DNA of 63,144 bases, filler included, from Octopus bimaculoides (GCF_001194135.2; 6 parts of 6 records of this genome joined end to end with filler, not necessarily neighbours in it), one strand, 5' to 3'. Positions 14,391 to 27,215 are shown, counted from the first letter of the whole stretch. Notes: generated by a model not told the origin, from the letters alone. A program made the numbers and translations.

Positions 14391-14714
14391 TTCGACATAA
14401 TGTAATGATGTTACTCTGTTTCAGGAACATGGAAGTCCATCTTCGAAGAGATCAATTATCTAAACAGTTTATCAGGAAATATTTCTGTTACTATGCAAAG
14501 ACATCCTCAAATATGATGCGCAAAGAAGAATAAACATAAGTACCGCCAGCGTAGCAGTATTACATATTGATGCTCTTCGTAAACATTTCTGAGATCTATC
14601 AGAAATACAGCATTTTTTCGAGCTAAAAGGGCGGCAAATTCGCAGAATCATTACCATAAAAGACAAAACGATTAGCGCTATTTTTTTCAGCTTTTTTTTT
14701 CAGCTTTACGATCT

Positions 14715-14800
14715 GAATTCAGATTTTGTGAGGTTGATTTTCACTTTCATCCTTTCGGAGTCGATAAAATAAATACCAGTTGAGCAATGAGACCGACGTA
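14715..14800 (+). mobile_element. SINE family A fragment
   Basis: ttcagatttt...gaggttgattttcactttcatcctttcggagtcgataaaataaataccagttgagc. Confidence 0.7.
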
Positions 14801-14925
14801 ATCGCCTAGAACCCTCCTTCGAAATTTCTGGCCCTTTGTCTATAGTAGAATGAATTACTTCGGGCTAGAAGGAAAAGCAGAAATATCAGCCTGGATACCA
14901 CAGTGAATTTATTAATTCGTTATTG

Positions 14926-15300
14926 TATCCGGCTGAGTAAAAGGTAAACAACGTTTTGAAACATGAAATTCAGCATAATATATTTCAACAATGCGGAAAT
15001 TTTATTCATTAAAATAAGTACCATTACAATCAACACATTTTGCCAACGAGTTAGAAGTTTGTTTATTCGCGTAACATAAAATTCTGGTGTTCTGGAGCTA
15101 ACCATCTCTTTGAACGCACTTTCAGCATCGGTTTGATTTTTGAACTCCTTCTCTCGCAGGAGACCATCAAGGCGCTTGAAAACGTGGTATTCGGTAGGAG
15201 AAAGGTTTGTGGAATAAGCTGGGTGGGGAAGAACTTCGTAGCCAAGATCTCTCAACTTCTGGAGCGTCATTAGTGAAACGTGTGGTCGAGCATTGTTCTG
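14926..15300 (-). mobile_element. Mariner transposase 3' relic (5'-truncated)
   Basis: ORF 14920..15423 contains NNARPHV...LQKL..LGYEVLPHPAYSTNLSPTEYHVFK (degenerate YSPDL.P.D motif) and INKLLTRWQ. Confidence 0.9.
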
Positions 15301-15871
15301 AAAAACGATTGGTTCTCTTCTCTTGACCAGTCTGGGACAAAAGAATAGCAATTTTGCGTTCATTTTGATAATTTTGGCAGTTTTCACAGGTACAGAGAGG
15401 AATATCAAATGTTGCCCGCACAACGGCCGGCCAAAAACGAAAGATCAGGCTTGGCTGAACACTGGTCACGTGGGAAGAGAAGAGAGAGAGGTATATACAT
15501 ATATATGAGTGCCCGTGGCCAGGTGATTCGGGTGCTGCACTTAGGAATTTCAGATCTTGGTTTCATTTCAGGGACCGGACAATGCACTGCGTTCTTGCCC
15601 AAAATACCACATGTCACGCTGCTCTGCGATCACCTTGACATCCAGCGTGTGTCACATTCGTGCACCTATACAAGCAAAGTCCATTTGTTGGCTGGAGTGA
15701 GCTAATGTACAACACAAACATTTGATCATTCATTATAAAGAAATCAACTGCGCAGGTGTGTCGACAACACATTATGGTGTCTCGAAAGACTACTACCACC
15801 AACAAACATGTGTGAATGAGAAAGAGAGAGAGAGGGGGAGAGAGAAAAGAGGAGGAAGAGAGCGTGAAAGA

Positions 15872-15916
<45 letters not shown>

Positions 15917-16269
15917 TTGACTCAGATTTGCGTAGCTCTACGTTTAACGGATATCACATCGTTAGAGATCTAAACACTCTGGTACTGAGAGATAAAACAA
16001 TCATAGTTTCATTGTCTGTCTAACTGTAAGGAAAGCCTATTTTATTGAATTAATCCTGTATTCTTCTTTTTCGTATTCTCCAGCATTTGGCAGGTTACTG
16101 GTTGCATCATGAGACACAAAATGGCCAATAAAATCGGGCTTAACCATCCAATGACAATCAACCTTATTTAGAAGCCAAGACTCTCTCACCACTCAATATT
16201 AGAGCATCAGAACGATCAGACGGATAGTTATCTGTCAGTGAAGAGCATAGTATTTCTCCTTTTCGACCT

Positions 16270-16303
<34 letters not shown>

Positions 16304-16583
16304 ATCTATTTATCTATCTATCTATCTATCTACCTGTCTGTCTGTGTATATATATATAGGGAGAATGCACAAAAGAAAAACAAAAACAAAAGACGAAGAC
16401 AGGTGGTGTAGAAAACAAACAGATGTATTAGTATAACGCTCGGGAATTGAAAAAGTCTTTAACGTTTCGAGCCTACGCTTTTCCACAGAAAGGAACACAG
16501 AAAGAAACAAGGAGAGAAAAAATGTGTGAAGTGGTCAGCGAGCTACACAGACAGACAGGTAGATACAAAGATAGATTGATAGA

Positions 16584-16614
<31 letters not shown>

Positions 16615-16618
16615 CATT

Positions 16619-16650
<32 letters not shown>

Positions 16651-18532
16651 AGAAATAGTTTTCAAAGAGAAAAATAAACTACACATGGTAGATATATGAG
16701 GACAATAAGAAAAAAAAGCAAACATGCATATTGGATATAAAAAAAAGGCTTTTTTAATAAAAAGTAACGATAAATATATACAATTAGATGAACTGCGGTA
16801 GAATTAAGAGGAATAAAGGTCATTATTTTGAATTGTTAAAGGGATCCAGAGTCATACCGGTTTCGTCAATTGCTGTTCATAAAAAAAAGCCTTTATTTTT
16901 TAATATTCAGTGTACATTTTCGCTTTTTTCTTCTTACTTTCTGTACATATATACATGCATATGTATATGTATATATATATATATATNNNNNNNNNNNNNN
17001 NNNNNNNNNNNNNNNNNNNNNNNNNNNNNNNNNNNNNNNNNNNNNNNNNNNNNNNNNNNNNNNNNNNNNNNNNNNNNNNNNNNNNNNNNNNNNNNNNNNN
17101 NNNNNNNNNNNNNNNNNNNNNNNNNNNNNNNNNNNNNNNNNNNNNNNNNNNNNNNNNNNNNNNNNNNNNNNNNNNNNNNNNNNNNNNNNNNNNNNNNNNN
17201 NNNNNNNNNNNNNNNNNNNNNNNNNNNNNNNNNNNNNNNNNNNNNNNNNNNNNNNNNNNNNNNNNNNNNNNNNNNNNNNNNNNNNNNNNNNNNNNNNNNN
17301 NNNNNNNNNNNNNNNNNNNNNNNNNNNNNNNNNNNNNNNNNNNNNNNNNNNNNNNNNNNNNNNNNNNNNNNNNNNNNNNNNNNNNNNNNNNNNNNNNNNN
17401 NNNNNNNNNNNNNNNNNNNNNNNNNNNNATGTATGTATGTATGTATGTATGTATGTATGTATGTATGTATGTATGTATGTATGAGTGAATGTGTTTATGC
17501 ATGTGTGTGTGTGTGCATATGTATGCATGTGCGTATGTGTGCGTGTGCATATGTATGCATGTGCGTATGTATGAATGTGTGTATATATGTGTGTGCGTTT
17601 GTATGTATGTATGTATGTGTGTATGTGTGTGTGTATGTATGTATGTGCGTGCGTGTGCCTATGTATTTATGTATGTGTGTGTATGCGTGTGCCTATGTAT
17701 TTATGTATGAATGTATGCATGTATGAATGTTTGTATGTATGTTTATATGGATGTATACTGTTTTATTGAAGCTGAAAATGTTCACAAACCGTTACTCCGA
17801 ATGTTGCGCCAACCAACAACACAACAGACCTGAATTTTTGGAACAATATAGTAATTTATAAATGATGCGATGATGATTGTTTAGACAGTCGACAAGTAAA
17901 CAATTAAAACTAATTGGATAGTGGGTTATGACTTCTCAAAATTAATGGTATCTGTTGGATAATATGATTGACTGTCGAGGAAAATAAAACAGAAGTTAGA
18001 AATACATTAAAGTTGAATGAAACTGAATAACATAAATTGTGTATATAGATGGGAGTAGATATAATAATTGTAGGAAAGGCGGAAAAAATTGTTTCAGAAA
18101 TTAAACTTTTAAGAAAAATAAATCATAAAATATCAGCCATGAAGAGTTATCAAAAATATAAACAAATGGGAATGAGTATGAAATAAATATATAAGTCTGC
18201 TATAACGAAAAGGGAATGAAAGTGAGTCTGTGCAAGACAAGATAAATAAACGAAAATGAAATGTTTGGAAGGAATGAGAGCATAGCCTTAATGGGGCATT
18301 AGCTGTACTGATAGCTTGTATCAAATACATACATACATATATAAATATATATCATGCATGTTTGTATATATATATATTATGTATGTTTGTATATATATAC
18401 ATATGTGTGTGTGTGTGTATGTATATATGTATATGTATTTAGAAGGGGTGAAGAGGTCGGAGCGATTAAAAAGTATGCATGAGATCAGAAGATAAAGCAA
18501 TTAGATAGATGGAGAGATAGATAGATAGATAA

Positions 18533-18592
<60 letters not shown>

Positions 18593-19356
18593 AAAGAGAG
18601 GGAATGACGAAAGAGGGAGAGACCTAAAGATGCATTCTACATGTGGGGTACAGCACAAACAAAAACAAAACAGGCGCACAGATAAAAAAAAATTATCAAA
18701 ATATAACGAAGAAAATAAGATTTCAAAAGGATGTAAATATATGGCAAAAAATTCTGTCACTTCAATGCAGGAGCAATAAGTTCAGATGGAAGTACTTATA
18801 GAAAACTCTTAAAGGCAAAAAAATTTATGCGTAGCCAATAACATGATCGATAGAAAGGCATGAGAATAAAATCAGAAAAAAAAACTCTTGAAAAACGTTA
18901 TAAGATATTATGTAAAGGATCGTATTGGGTTCAGATGAGACGGCCAGAGGGAATCAATGAAGGGACACAATGATATCCAACATATTCAAACTAATAATAA
19001 AACAGTAAAAATATAATGTGGATAAAAATGTTTGCAGATATTAATAGTTCGGTGGAAGGGACCTCGAAATAAGACATTTCGAAGAATATCTGCAAATGTT
19101 CAATAATTCAGATTTTCACTATAATGTCGATTGTCTTGAAGCAGGAATGAAATACTTCTCACTTAAACATAACGGTCATTTGATGGAATACTGTTAAGAC
19201 CCATTTTTGACTTGGCTTGACCTTTCAAAGAATGACCAGGGGATTTTGAAACAGGTTGAAATAGCTTCTCTCATTTGCTGTATATATTTGGACAGACTCG
19301 ATGATGACCTTGACTCTGGCTGTTTAAAAGAAAATTTTTTGCTAGTAAAACCTTAC

Positions 19357-19415
19357 CTTGAAGATGTTTCCTGCGATTTCAGTGTAAACATTTTATATAT
19401 AAAGCTTTTATCGAC
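19357..19415 (-). CDS. Candidate 59-nt exon (VDKSFIYKMFTLKSQETSS)
   Basis: ttttcag|GTC acceptor, CAAG|gtaagg donor, one open frame; no homology recognised. Confidence 0.2.
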
Positions 19416-19954
19416 CTGAAAACTAGTTCTGTATCTAGTTCTGTACATTACACTTTTGTTCAGGTTTATTACCATTAAGTGGGTAGTCACTAGCGTTTAT
19501 ACAATTACAATCAGGATTATTTTCATTTCAGTTAGTTTTAGCATGTAGTCTATCTACTTCGAGTATCGTATAAGTACACCTAAATTAACTTTTACCATTT
19601 TCAGTAAATTTTATCGGTGGATTGTTCATATATACATCTGTATGTGTGTGTGTGTAATTATAAGACCCATATAATTAAGTTATCTTCAGCCTGACTAGTA
19701 GCTGAGTGCTCTTCATTGAAAAGTTATTACATCAGAGTATCTACTAGCTAGGAAACATATGTTGCTTGGATTTTACCTGCTTCGCTCACTCAATTTGCTT
19801 ATTTATTCTTAGGCTCGCTCTTAAAAAAGCGTTTAAAATTATGAAAATATTTACCTGTTACTTAGGCAAAATAATTAACAAGATATGACCGTCTAATAAA
19901 ACCTCATTGGATTTAAAACTTTTTGTTTTTTATATTTTTGGAAAAAATCTGAGT

Positions 19955-20090
19955 TCAAATTCCGTTGAAGTCGACATTGCATTTTATCCTTTGGGAGTCG
20001 ATAAAATAAATTCCAGTTGACCAGATTGTTCGCTGCAATCCACTTATGCCCACCACCTAAATTGTTGGTCTTGGGTCAAAATCTGAATCC
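19955..20090 (+). mobile_element. SINE family A copy
   Basis: tctgagttcaaattccgttgaagtcgacattgcattttatcctttgggagtcgataaaataaattccag. Confidence 0.75.
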
Positions 20091-20384
20091 AATTATATTT
20101 GCATGCGTTAATACATATGCGCATGCAATGATATATGTGTTTATATGCTAAAATTTATGTACATGCGTTAATATATATATACACACATTATATGCTTGTG
20201 CCAAAATGTGCGTGTGTTATAGTTATTCATATCCATAAGAATATATGTGCATGAGTTAATGGTTATCGATAACCCATTTAGTGGGAAGGTTTAGAGCTGG
20301 TGAGAATATAATTTTATAGCTTTCCTTCATTTGTACGAAATTAAAAGCATGTGCGCGAGTATGTGCGTGTGTATGCGTGCAAGA

Positions 20385-20417
<33 letters not shown>

Positions 20418-20633
20418 TGTGTGTGCGGTGGAGTGCTGAGATAGTGTGTGCATCTGTGTGTGTGGAGTGTTCAGAGTTCGTGTGCGTGTGGTGAAGGTGT
20501 TGAGAGTGTCTGTGTGTGTGCTTGTATTTATATAAGCCTGAATATATATATGTATGATTATGTAGATGTAGTTGGAATTGTGTGCCCACACCTTTGCATG
20601 TTTGTGCGTATGTAATTTGTCGATCATTCAACA

Positions 20634-20678
<45 letters not shown>

Positions 20679-21117
20679 GCATTCATTCACACGCACGCAC
20701 ACGAACACGCACTTACAAAGAAGCACATCCGCACATACGAAGTAGTGCGTATTACACTCTGCTTCAACAGGACCACATACTGCAAGAAGGACATGGAATT
20801 AAAATAATTTTAAATAGCACCATTACTACAATAGCACTGCTTCAACATGGTCACAGCCTCTGACTGGAACATGTGAAGTTAAGGGGAATACGTATGTGTA
20901 TACGCGTGTATGCATGTGTGTGTATATATGTATGCACATATATACATACATATATATTTATGTACGTATGTCTGAAGGTACACACACACATATACGGTTA
21001 TATATACATATATATATATATATACGTATATATGTACATATATATACACGTATAAATGTATATATATACATTTATATATAAATATATATGCATTTATATA
21101 TATATATATATATATAT

Positions 21118-21152
<35 letters not shown>

Positions 21153-21252
21153 NNNNNNNNNNNNNNNNNNNNNNNNNNNNNNNNNNNNNNNNNNNNTTAA
21201 TTAATTAANNNNNNNNNNNNNNNNNNNNNNNNNNNNNNNNNNNNNNNNNNNN

Positions 21253-21355
21253 AGTCCATGCTGCGTTTGTTTCTTCGTCGGGGGTCACCACTTTATAGAA
21301 AGTGGGTTATTGCAGCTCAGCGGGCTGCGTGTTCGAATCACGTCGGGGGTCACCA
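21253..21355 (-). other. Tandem tRNA-Trp primer-binding sites of an LTR retrotransposon, with possible gag ATG at the gap edge
   Basis: Minus strand reads TGGTGACCCCCGACGTGATTCGAACACGCAGCCCGCTGAGCTGC (21355-21312), then a second TGGTGACCCCCGACG (21290-21276), then ...gcagcATGGAC before the gap. It is complementary to the 3' end of eukaryotic tRNA-Trp including CCA. Confidence 0.85.
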
Positions 21356-21356
21356 G

Positions 21357-21761
21357 TATAGGAAAGTTGGTTATACATCATTAGATGTATACCTGACTTT
21401 CCTAAATAAAATTAGAAATTAAACGGAACGCTGAACTCCGGACTATCAACTTAAACAACATTTATTCAGGTGGTAAATATATACATCTTTAGCTCTTGTT
21501 GTTACAGCTTCTGTGTGTGTGAGCATAGTTGTTGGGACGTTGTTATGTAGATGTGAGCGAGCTGTCGAGCGTAGTTCGAAAGATGGAGAGTGACAGCTAT
21601 ACACGTAAAGAGACTGTCTCCAGGTTGGAATGTTGGAGACACTGCTTGACACGTCCATGCTCATGGTCGGCCGACCGAGAAAGAGATAGAATTAAGCGGG
21701 AAAGCTTGCTTGTTTAATTCCACGCATGCGTGAGACTACGCATGCGCACGGCGTTACTACA
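21357..21761 (-). mobile_element. 5' LTR (about 405 bp) of a tRNA-Trp-primed Ty3/Gypsy element (CsRn1/Kabuki-like by PBS type)
   Basis: Begins TGTAG, ends CTATA (one change from CTACA), contains AATAAA, and is followed after 1 nt by the TGG PBS. The internal region runs into an assembly gap. Confidence 0.75.
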
Positions 21762-22085
21762 AACCTCTACTCTACATTTTGATGAACATTTAAATATTCA
21801 TTGTTTTAACAATTGAAATGTCTTACCAGTTTGCTTTATAAAATTTCTGCAGTTGTAATAACTGTTTCCTTGCCGTCTATTATAATTTTTCCCTGAATTC
21901 ATTTATTATTACCCATTTTGAATTCATTTAACAGACCTTACTGCAATTCATACTTCCACATACATACCATACTGATTTACATCTATGTCTATATATATAA
22001 CTATACATAGAAGCAAGATTTCATATAAGCACTCCTACACATGCCTATTCACATTTATAAGTACACGCACACATAAACATGTATT

Positions 22086-22757
22086 TGATCATTCCATAAA
22101 TAATGCGTTTTTTCAATTGCGTGAACTAAAAGTCGGAGGGTGACAGGATAAACTACCTGCATCAACTTGCAGTAAAAGCTGGTGGTAATTTTACCTTGTG
22201 CTTATTCTTAGTGCAAGTTTTGAAGAGTGCAGTTCGATTTTTTACAGTTGTTTTTTCAAAGCTATCATGGAAGTGACAAAGGAGCATATTTGGCATATTT
22301 TGATTTATGCGTTCAATAAAGCAACAATGTAACGGAAAGTGCAAGGAATATTAATGCAGTATAAGGGAATCAGACACTGAGCATAAGCCAGTGTCAACGG
22401 TGGTTCCAGAAATTTTGAGCCGGAAACTAAAGCCTAGAAGATGAGCCACTTCCTGGAAGATCTGTAGAGTTCGACGAGGACGTCCTACAAACCCTGGTGG
22501 AAAAAAATCTTATTGTAACTGTCAAGGAACTAGTAGAGAAGCTTGGATTTCATCATTCAATCATTCATCAACACCTGTGTGCCATCAGAAAAGTTAGCAA
22601 ATTGAGTCAATGGGTTCCTCACAAACTTTCCGAGTTTAATCGCGCGCAAAGAGTGAATATGTACTCTTTTTTGCTGTCACATCTCACGACTGAACCTTCT
22701 TTTGACTGAATAATGACTGGTGATGAGAAATGGGCTCTCTATAAAAATCTCAAGCGC
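22086..22757 (+). mobile_element. Mariner 5' relic (TIR-like start, N-terminal HTH to first catalytic D region)
   Basis: ATG GAA GTG ACA AAG GAG CAT (MEVTKEHIWHILIYAF), KVSKLSQWVPHKLSE (WVPHEL motif) and MTGDEKWALYKNLKR; frameshifted. Confidence 0.9.
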
Positions 22758-22856
22758 NNNNNNNNNNNNNNNNNNNNNNNNNNNNNNNNNNNNNNNNNNN
22801 NNNNNNNNNNNNNNNNNNNNNNNNNNNNNNNNNNNNNNNNNNNNNNNNNNNNNNNN

Positions 22857-23255
22857 NCGGCTTGTGAAGACCTGTTGGGGCAAGCGAAAGCGAAATCGTG
22901 ATGGCACATGTGCCCTGCGTCACCTTCCTGGCACTTGTGCCGGTGGCATGTGTAAAGACATTCGAGCGAGATCGTGCCAGTGCCGCTGGACTAGCTCCTG
23001 TGCAGGTGGCATGCAAAATACACCATTTTGAGCCTGGCCGTTGCTAGTACTACCTGACTGGCCTTCGTGCCGGTGGCACATAAAAACACCCACTACACTC
23101 TCGGAGTGGTTGGCGTTAGGAAGGGCATCCAGCTGTAGAAACTCTGCCAAATCAGATTGGAGCCTGGTGTAGCCATCTGGTTCACCGGTCCTCAGTCAAA
23201 TCGTCCAACCCATGCTAACATGGAAAGCGGACGTTAAACGATGATGATGATGATG
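22857..23255 (+). mobile_element. 5'-truncated RTE LINE 3' UTR with (GAT)n tail
   Basis: Near-identical to 31445-31798 and to the reverse complement of 25785-26200; ends ggaaagcggacgttaaacgatgatgatgat. Confidence 0.85.
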
Positions 23256-23906
23256 ATGATATATTATTGTCATCAATTATACATATATATATTATTGTTA
23301 TCAATTATATATATATATATAAAACAATAATAAATGAGTATATGCATATATACGTACAGGTATGTGCATATCTACGTCTACCTGTATATATAGGTGCATA
23401 TCTGGGTACAGGACATTGCAAACAAAACATAGACAAGAAAATAATAATAACCAGAGTACAGAAAACACACAAGCCACATAGAGAACATTTTCCTTCATCA
23501 GCCACCCCCGTTTTAACACAGGCGTTTCGAAGAGTTGGGCAGGAAGCATTGTTAAAACGGCTCTTCCCATGGACCGCAAATTAAATTTGTATACACAAAT
23601 TCAACCTGTGCCATGGAGGAATGTAGTGGCGGACAAAAAACAAGACAGGAAAACAAACGGAAAAGGCTGTGCGGCCAGATGTGAAAAATTATGTGTATAT
23701 GAATGCTGTGAGGCACGAACTGAGAGTGGGGACGAAGTAAGTTCGCGTGTTTTCTCGGCAATAGCCAAGGAAGAAAAGGATTTGTGACTGGAAGCATGTG
23801 ACCAAGCAGGGGTAAGGGAGAGAGAGAGAGAATGGTAGAGGGAGAAACAAAGGAAGGAAGTAGAAGAATAGGTGAGCAACGAGAGACAGATATTGTTATC
23901 AATTAT

Positions 23907-24740
23907 ATAGAGGGTGGCATACCTTTTTGGAGTCATTGCTGCATTTTTTGCTAATTCTGTATAATCTTTGTTTCAGAAAATAATAATGGTAGATCTTCAG
24001 TTTACTCAAGAAATGAAGAGGCAAGCTGTTATTGTGGTTATGAAATCTGAGCATAGCGATTTAGAAATATCTTGATTTTTAAAAGTTGCCAGATCTTTCG
24101 TCTACAAAGTTAGTAAGGAGTTAGAGACTGAAGATGGAAACATATCACCAGTTTCAAAGTATAAAAAGCATTCTAAATACTCTGAATTCATCAGAACACT
24201 TGAATTTATCCAGTAAGTTCAACAGACCATTGATTACAATCCCAGAAAGTTCATGAGGTCAATTGCAAAAAGATCTCCATGTGTCAGAAGGAACAGTTAG
24301 AAACGTTGCCCATGAAGACATCAGATATAAGTCTTATATAATGAGGAAAGGTCAATTTGTCAGAAAAAGCAAAAGATCTAAAAGGTTCTTAAACAAACTC
24401 AAAAATCCAGCAGAAGATTTGATTTGGTTTTTCTCAAATGAGAAAAACTTCGGCCAAGATCAAAAAGTTAACAGAAGAAATGACAGATGGTAATGTGCAG
24501 ACCCTTCTAAAGTTCAAAGTGTTATGCATACAAAATTTCCTGCAACTGTCATGGTTTTAAGGGTTGTCAGCAATGAAGGACATGTGATGCTTCCTTATGT
24601 CTTTCCACAAGGCCTTAGAATTAACTCTGTGGCCTACATTGAGGTCCTGGAAACAATTGTTAAGCCCTGGATAGACAGTGTATGCAATGGAAAGCCATAT
24701 GTGTTTCAGTAAGACTGCACTATCACACAATTGTAGTGAT
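23907..24740 (+). mobile_element. Tc1/mariner-superfamily transposase relic, maT/DD37D-like
   Basis: IWFFSNEKNFGQDQKVNRRNDRW and HTKFPATVMVLRVVSNEGHVMLPYVFPQGLRIN...YIEVLETIVKPWIDSV..GKPYVFQ; truncated after the second D. Confidence 0.8.
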
Positions 24741-24807
24741 TAATGAAAATTCTCTTGTCTTCCGTCTTTCATTTACCATATATATATATATATATATATA
24801 TATTCTG

Positions 24808-24890
24808 GTTGACAGTGAGTTTGAATTTTCAGCTTGCTTACCTTCATCAGAGTGATGAAGGCAAACCAAAACTTTTATGTCACTGTCAAC
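24808..24890. other. 83-nt imperfect hairpin
   Basis: gttgacagtga/tcactgtcaac outer 11-bp stem and ccttcatca-gag-tgatgaagg inner 9-bp stem. Confidence 0.7.
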
Positions 24891-24972
24891 TTTTTCCTTA
24901 TAAAAGTTAAAAATGTAGTTAGTAATCTTATAGTTTAAATTGTTTTTATATATAAGTTGATATAAAATAAAA

Positions 24973-25033
<61 letters not shown>

Positions 25034-25784
25034 CACACAGACACACACATATACATATACAATATACATACATATGTACATATGTACTTAGACATATAGT
25101 CATCTCTATCAGTATTAATCTATCACTTTCCTTCTCTTATTCAATCTCCTCTAGTTAATACCACATGAACAATGACCTCTACCACTACTATCCCACACCC
25201 AACACCTGCATTTTTTATGCTTGTAATGTTTCCTTGCACCATTAAATCCAGATAAATGTATAATAAATATCTTTGCATAACAACAAGCACCATTTACCAT
25301 AGTAACAAATATATTGCCATAGTGATAAGTTTAAAGAAATTGATGGAATACCAAGTGCTGTGATAAATAAAGTATTCTTTGAAACAACATAACAGAAAAT
25401 AACAAAACAAAAAACTGGATTAAGCTTTTTGTTTTGAATTGTTGTTTGTCTGAAAACTGCCATTGAAAAGATGATGCTTGTTATGTGTTGTGTTGACACT
25501 GGAATCACCAAGTCAAAATGCCAATCATCAAAGATAAGGTTACTACTAATAACTAGTGAGATATGTAAGTTGGTCTGTTATCAATAGTAGCCCTCAAAGA
25601 CTTCAGATTAGCAACACAAACCAACAGAAACATATAGGATTAGTCAGAAACAATACTCAACAAGACTTCAAACTAATGAGCTAGTGGTGGTGGTGGGGGG
25701 TGCTCTTATACAGTTGCTTGACCTACAAGAAAAGCAACCTCATCTCCCTCAAATTTAGCCCAGCTGTCCTAGAAAAATAAAGGA

Positions 25785-26200
25785 TCATCATCATCGTTTA
25801 ACGTCCGCTTTCCATGCTAGCATGGGTTGGACGATTTGACTGAGGACTGGCAAGCCAGGAGGCTGCACCAGGTTCCAATCTGATCTAGCAGAGTTTCTAC
25901 AGCTGGATGCCCTTCCTAACGCCAACCACTCTGAGAGTGTAGTGGGTGCTTTTATGTGCCACCGGCACAAGGGCCTGTCACACGGTACTGGCAACGGCCC
26001 CGCTCAAAAGGTGTTTTTTATGTGCCACCTGCACAGAAGCCAGTCCAGCGGCACTGGCAACGACCTCGCTCGAATGATTTTCTAACATGCCACCAGCACA
26101 AGTGCTAGAAGGCAATGCTGGTAACGATTATGCTCTAGTGGTGCTATTTACGGGCCATTAGCACGGAAGCCAGACACCTGCTCTGGCAATGAACACGCTC
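25785..26200 (-). mobile_element. RTE LINE 3' UTR copy with four approx. 66-bp subrepeats
   Basis: (CAT)n tail complement at 25785; units tgccacc.gcac...ctggcaacg...cgctc repeated four times. Confidence 0.85.
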
Positions 26201-26499
26201 GACAAGATAATTTGGCCCTAGATATACTATGTCTGAAAAAATGATGTGATAGTCCTAGCTGGAACATCATTATATATTTGTTTGGTCAAAGCTTACCTGA
26301 AGCTAAAAATCAACACCCACCACAAATCTGCAAAGTTAACCTCATCTAACACCAATCACTAAGGATTGATAGCTAATAGTAGCCTCACTAAATATGTACA
26401 TTTGCCCACTAAAACTATTCACTAGGGTACTCATTAACTCACTACACTAGCAACTATATATGTATAAAGCAACATAAGGAATATATTGGTTTCAAGTTT

Positions 26500-26630
26500 T
26501 AGCAGAAGGCCAGCAAATTCAGGGAAGAGGGTAAATCAATTACATTGACCCCAGTGTTCAACTGGTACTTATTTTATTGACCCTGAAAGGATGTAAAGCA
26601 AAATCAACCTCAGCAGAATTGAAACTCAGT
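26500..26630 (-). mobile_element. SINE family A copy
   Basis: attgaccccagtgttcaactggtacttattttattgaccctgaaaggatg.aaagcaaaatcaacctcagcagaattgaaactcag. Confidence 0.75.
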
Positions 26631-27084
26631 GTATATATTTATAATATAGATGATGAGCAAAGTAAAGTTGTAATTGTTTAATTTGTTAAAGTAATGTTTT
26701 ATTTTGACAGGACAATTAATCTATCAAACTAGTTGCTTCATTTCCATTCAACATTTTGTTTATTGAGCAGGCTATGTTTTTTTCCCATGTAACATTTAAT
26801 CAATAAAATTAGTACATGATCATCATTATTTTAATATTCACTTTTCTATGCTTGTATGGGTTGTGTAGAACTCATTGAGGCAGATTTTCTACAGCTGGAT
26901 GGACAAACTTCCTATCACCAACCCTCACCTGTTTCCAAGCAAGATAATGTTTCCACATAGCCAGATTATGTTTTCCGCAGACTATTAGAAATGGATGACA
27001 CTGCTTGTATGACAGTGACACCCATTTACAACTATCATGTGATGTCAATACAAGGAGACACACAAATACATACATATTCAACAG

Positions 27085-27215
27085 GCTTCTTTCAGTGTCT
27101 GTCTACCAAATTCAGTTGAAAGTCTTTGGTTAATCCAGAGCTATAGTAGAAGACACTTGCCCAAGGTACCACACAGTGGGACTGTATCCAAAATCAAGTG
27201 GTTAGGAAGGAAATA
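27085..27215 (-). mobile_element. tRNA-derived SINE, family B (gtggtaag...gggttcagtcccactg...ttgggcaagtgtcttctactatag)
   Basis: Reverse-complement match to 33360-33535 and 35505-35665. Confidence 0.75.

Noticed and set aside
14472-14666. Minus-strand ORF with a GPCR-TM-like stretch (LAVLMFILLCASYLRM)
   Set aside because: Too short, no supporting splice sites or other helices identified.
21312-21355. tRNA-Trp gene
   Set aside because: Only the 3' half is present, includes encoded CCA and abuts an LTR; it is a PBS-derived copy.
25952-26200. CRISPR-like repeat-spacer appearance
   Set aside because: Eukaryotic context, degenerate repeats, related spacers, no cas genes; it is a LINE 3' UTR tandem array.
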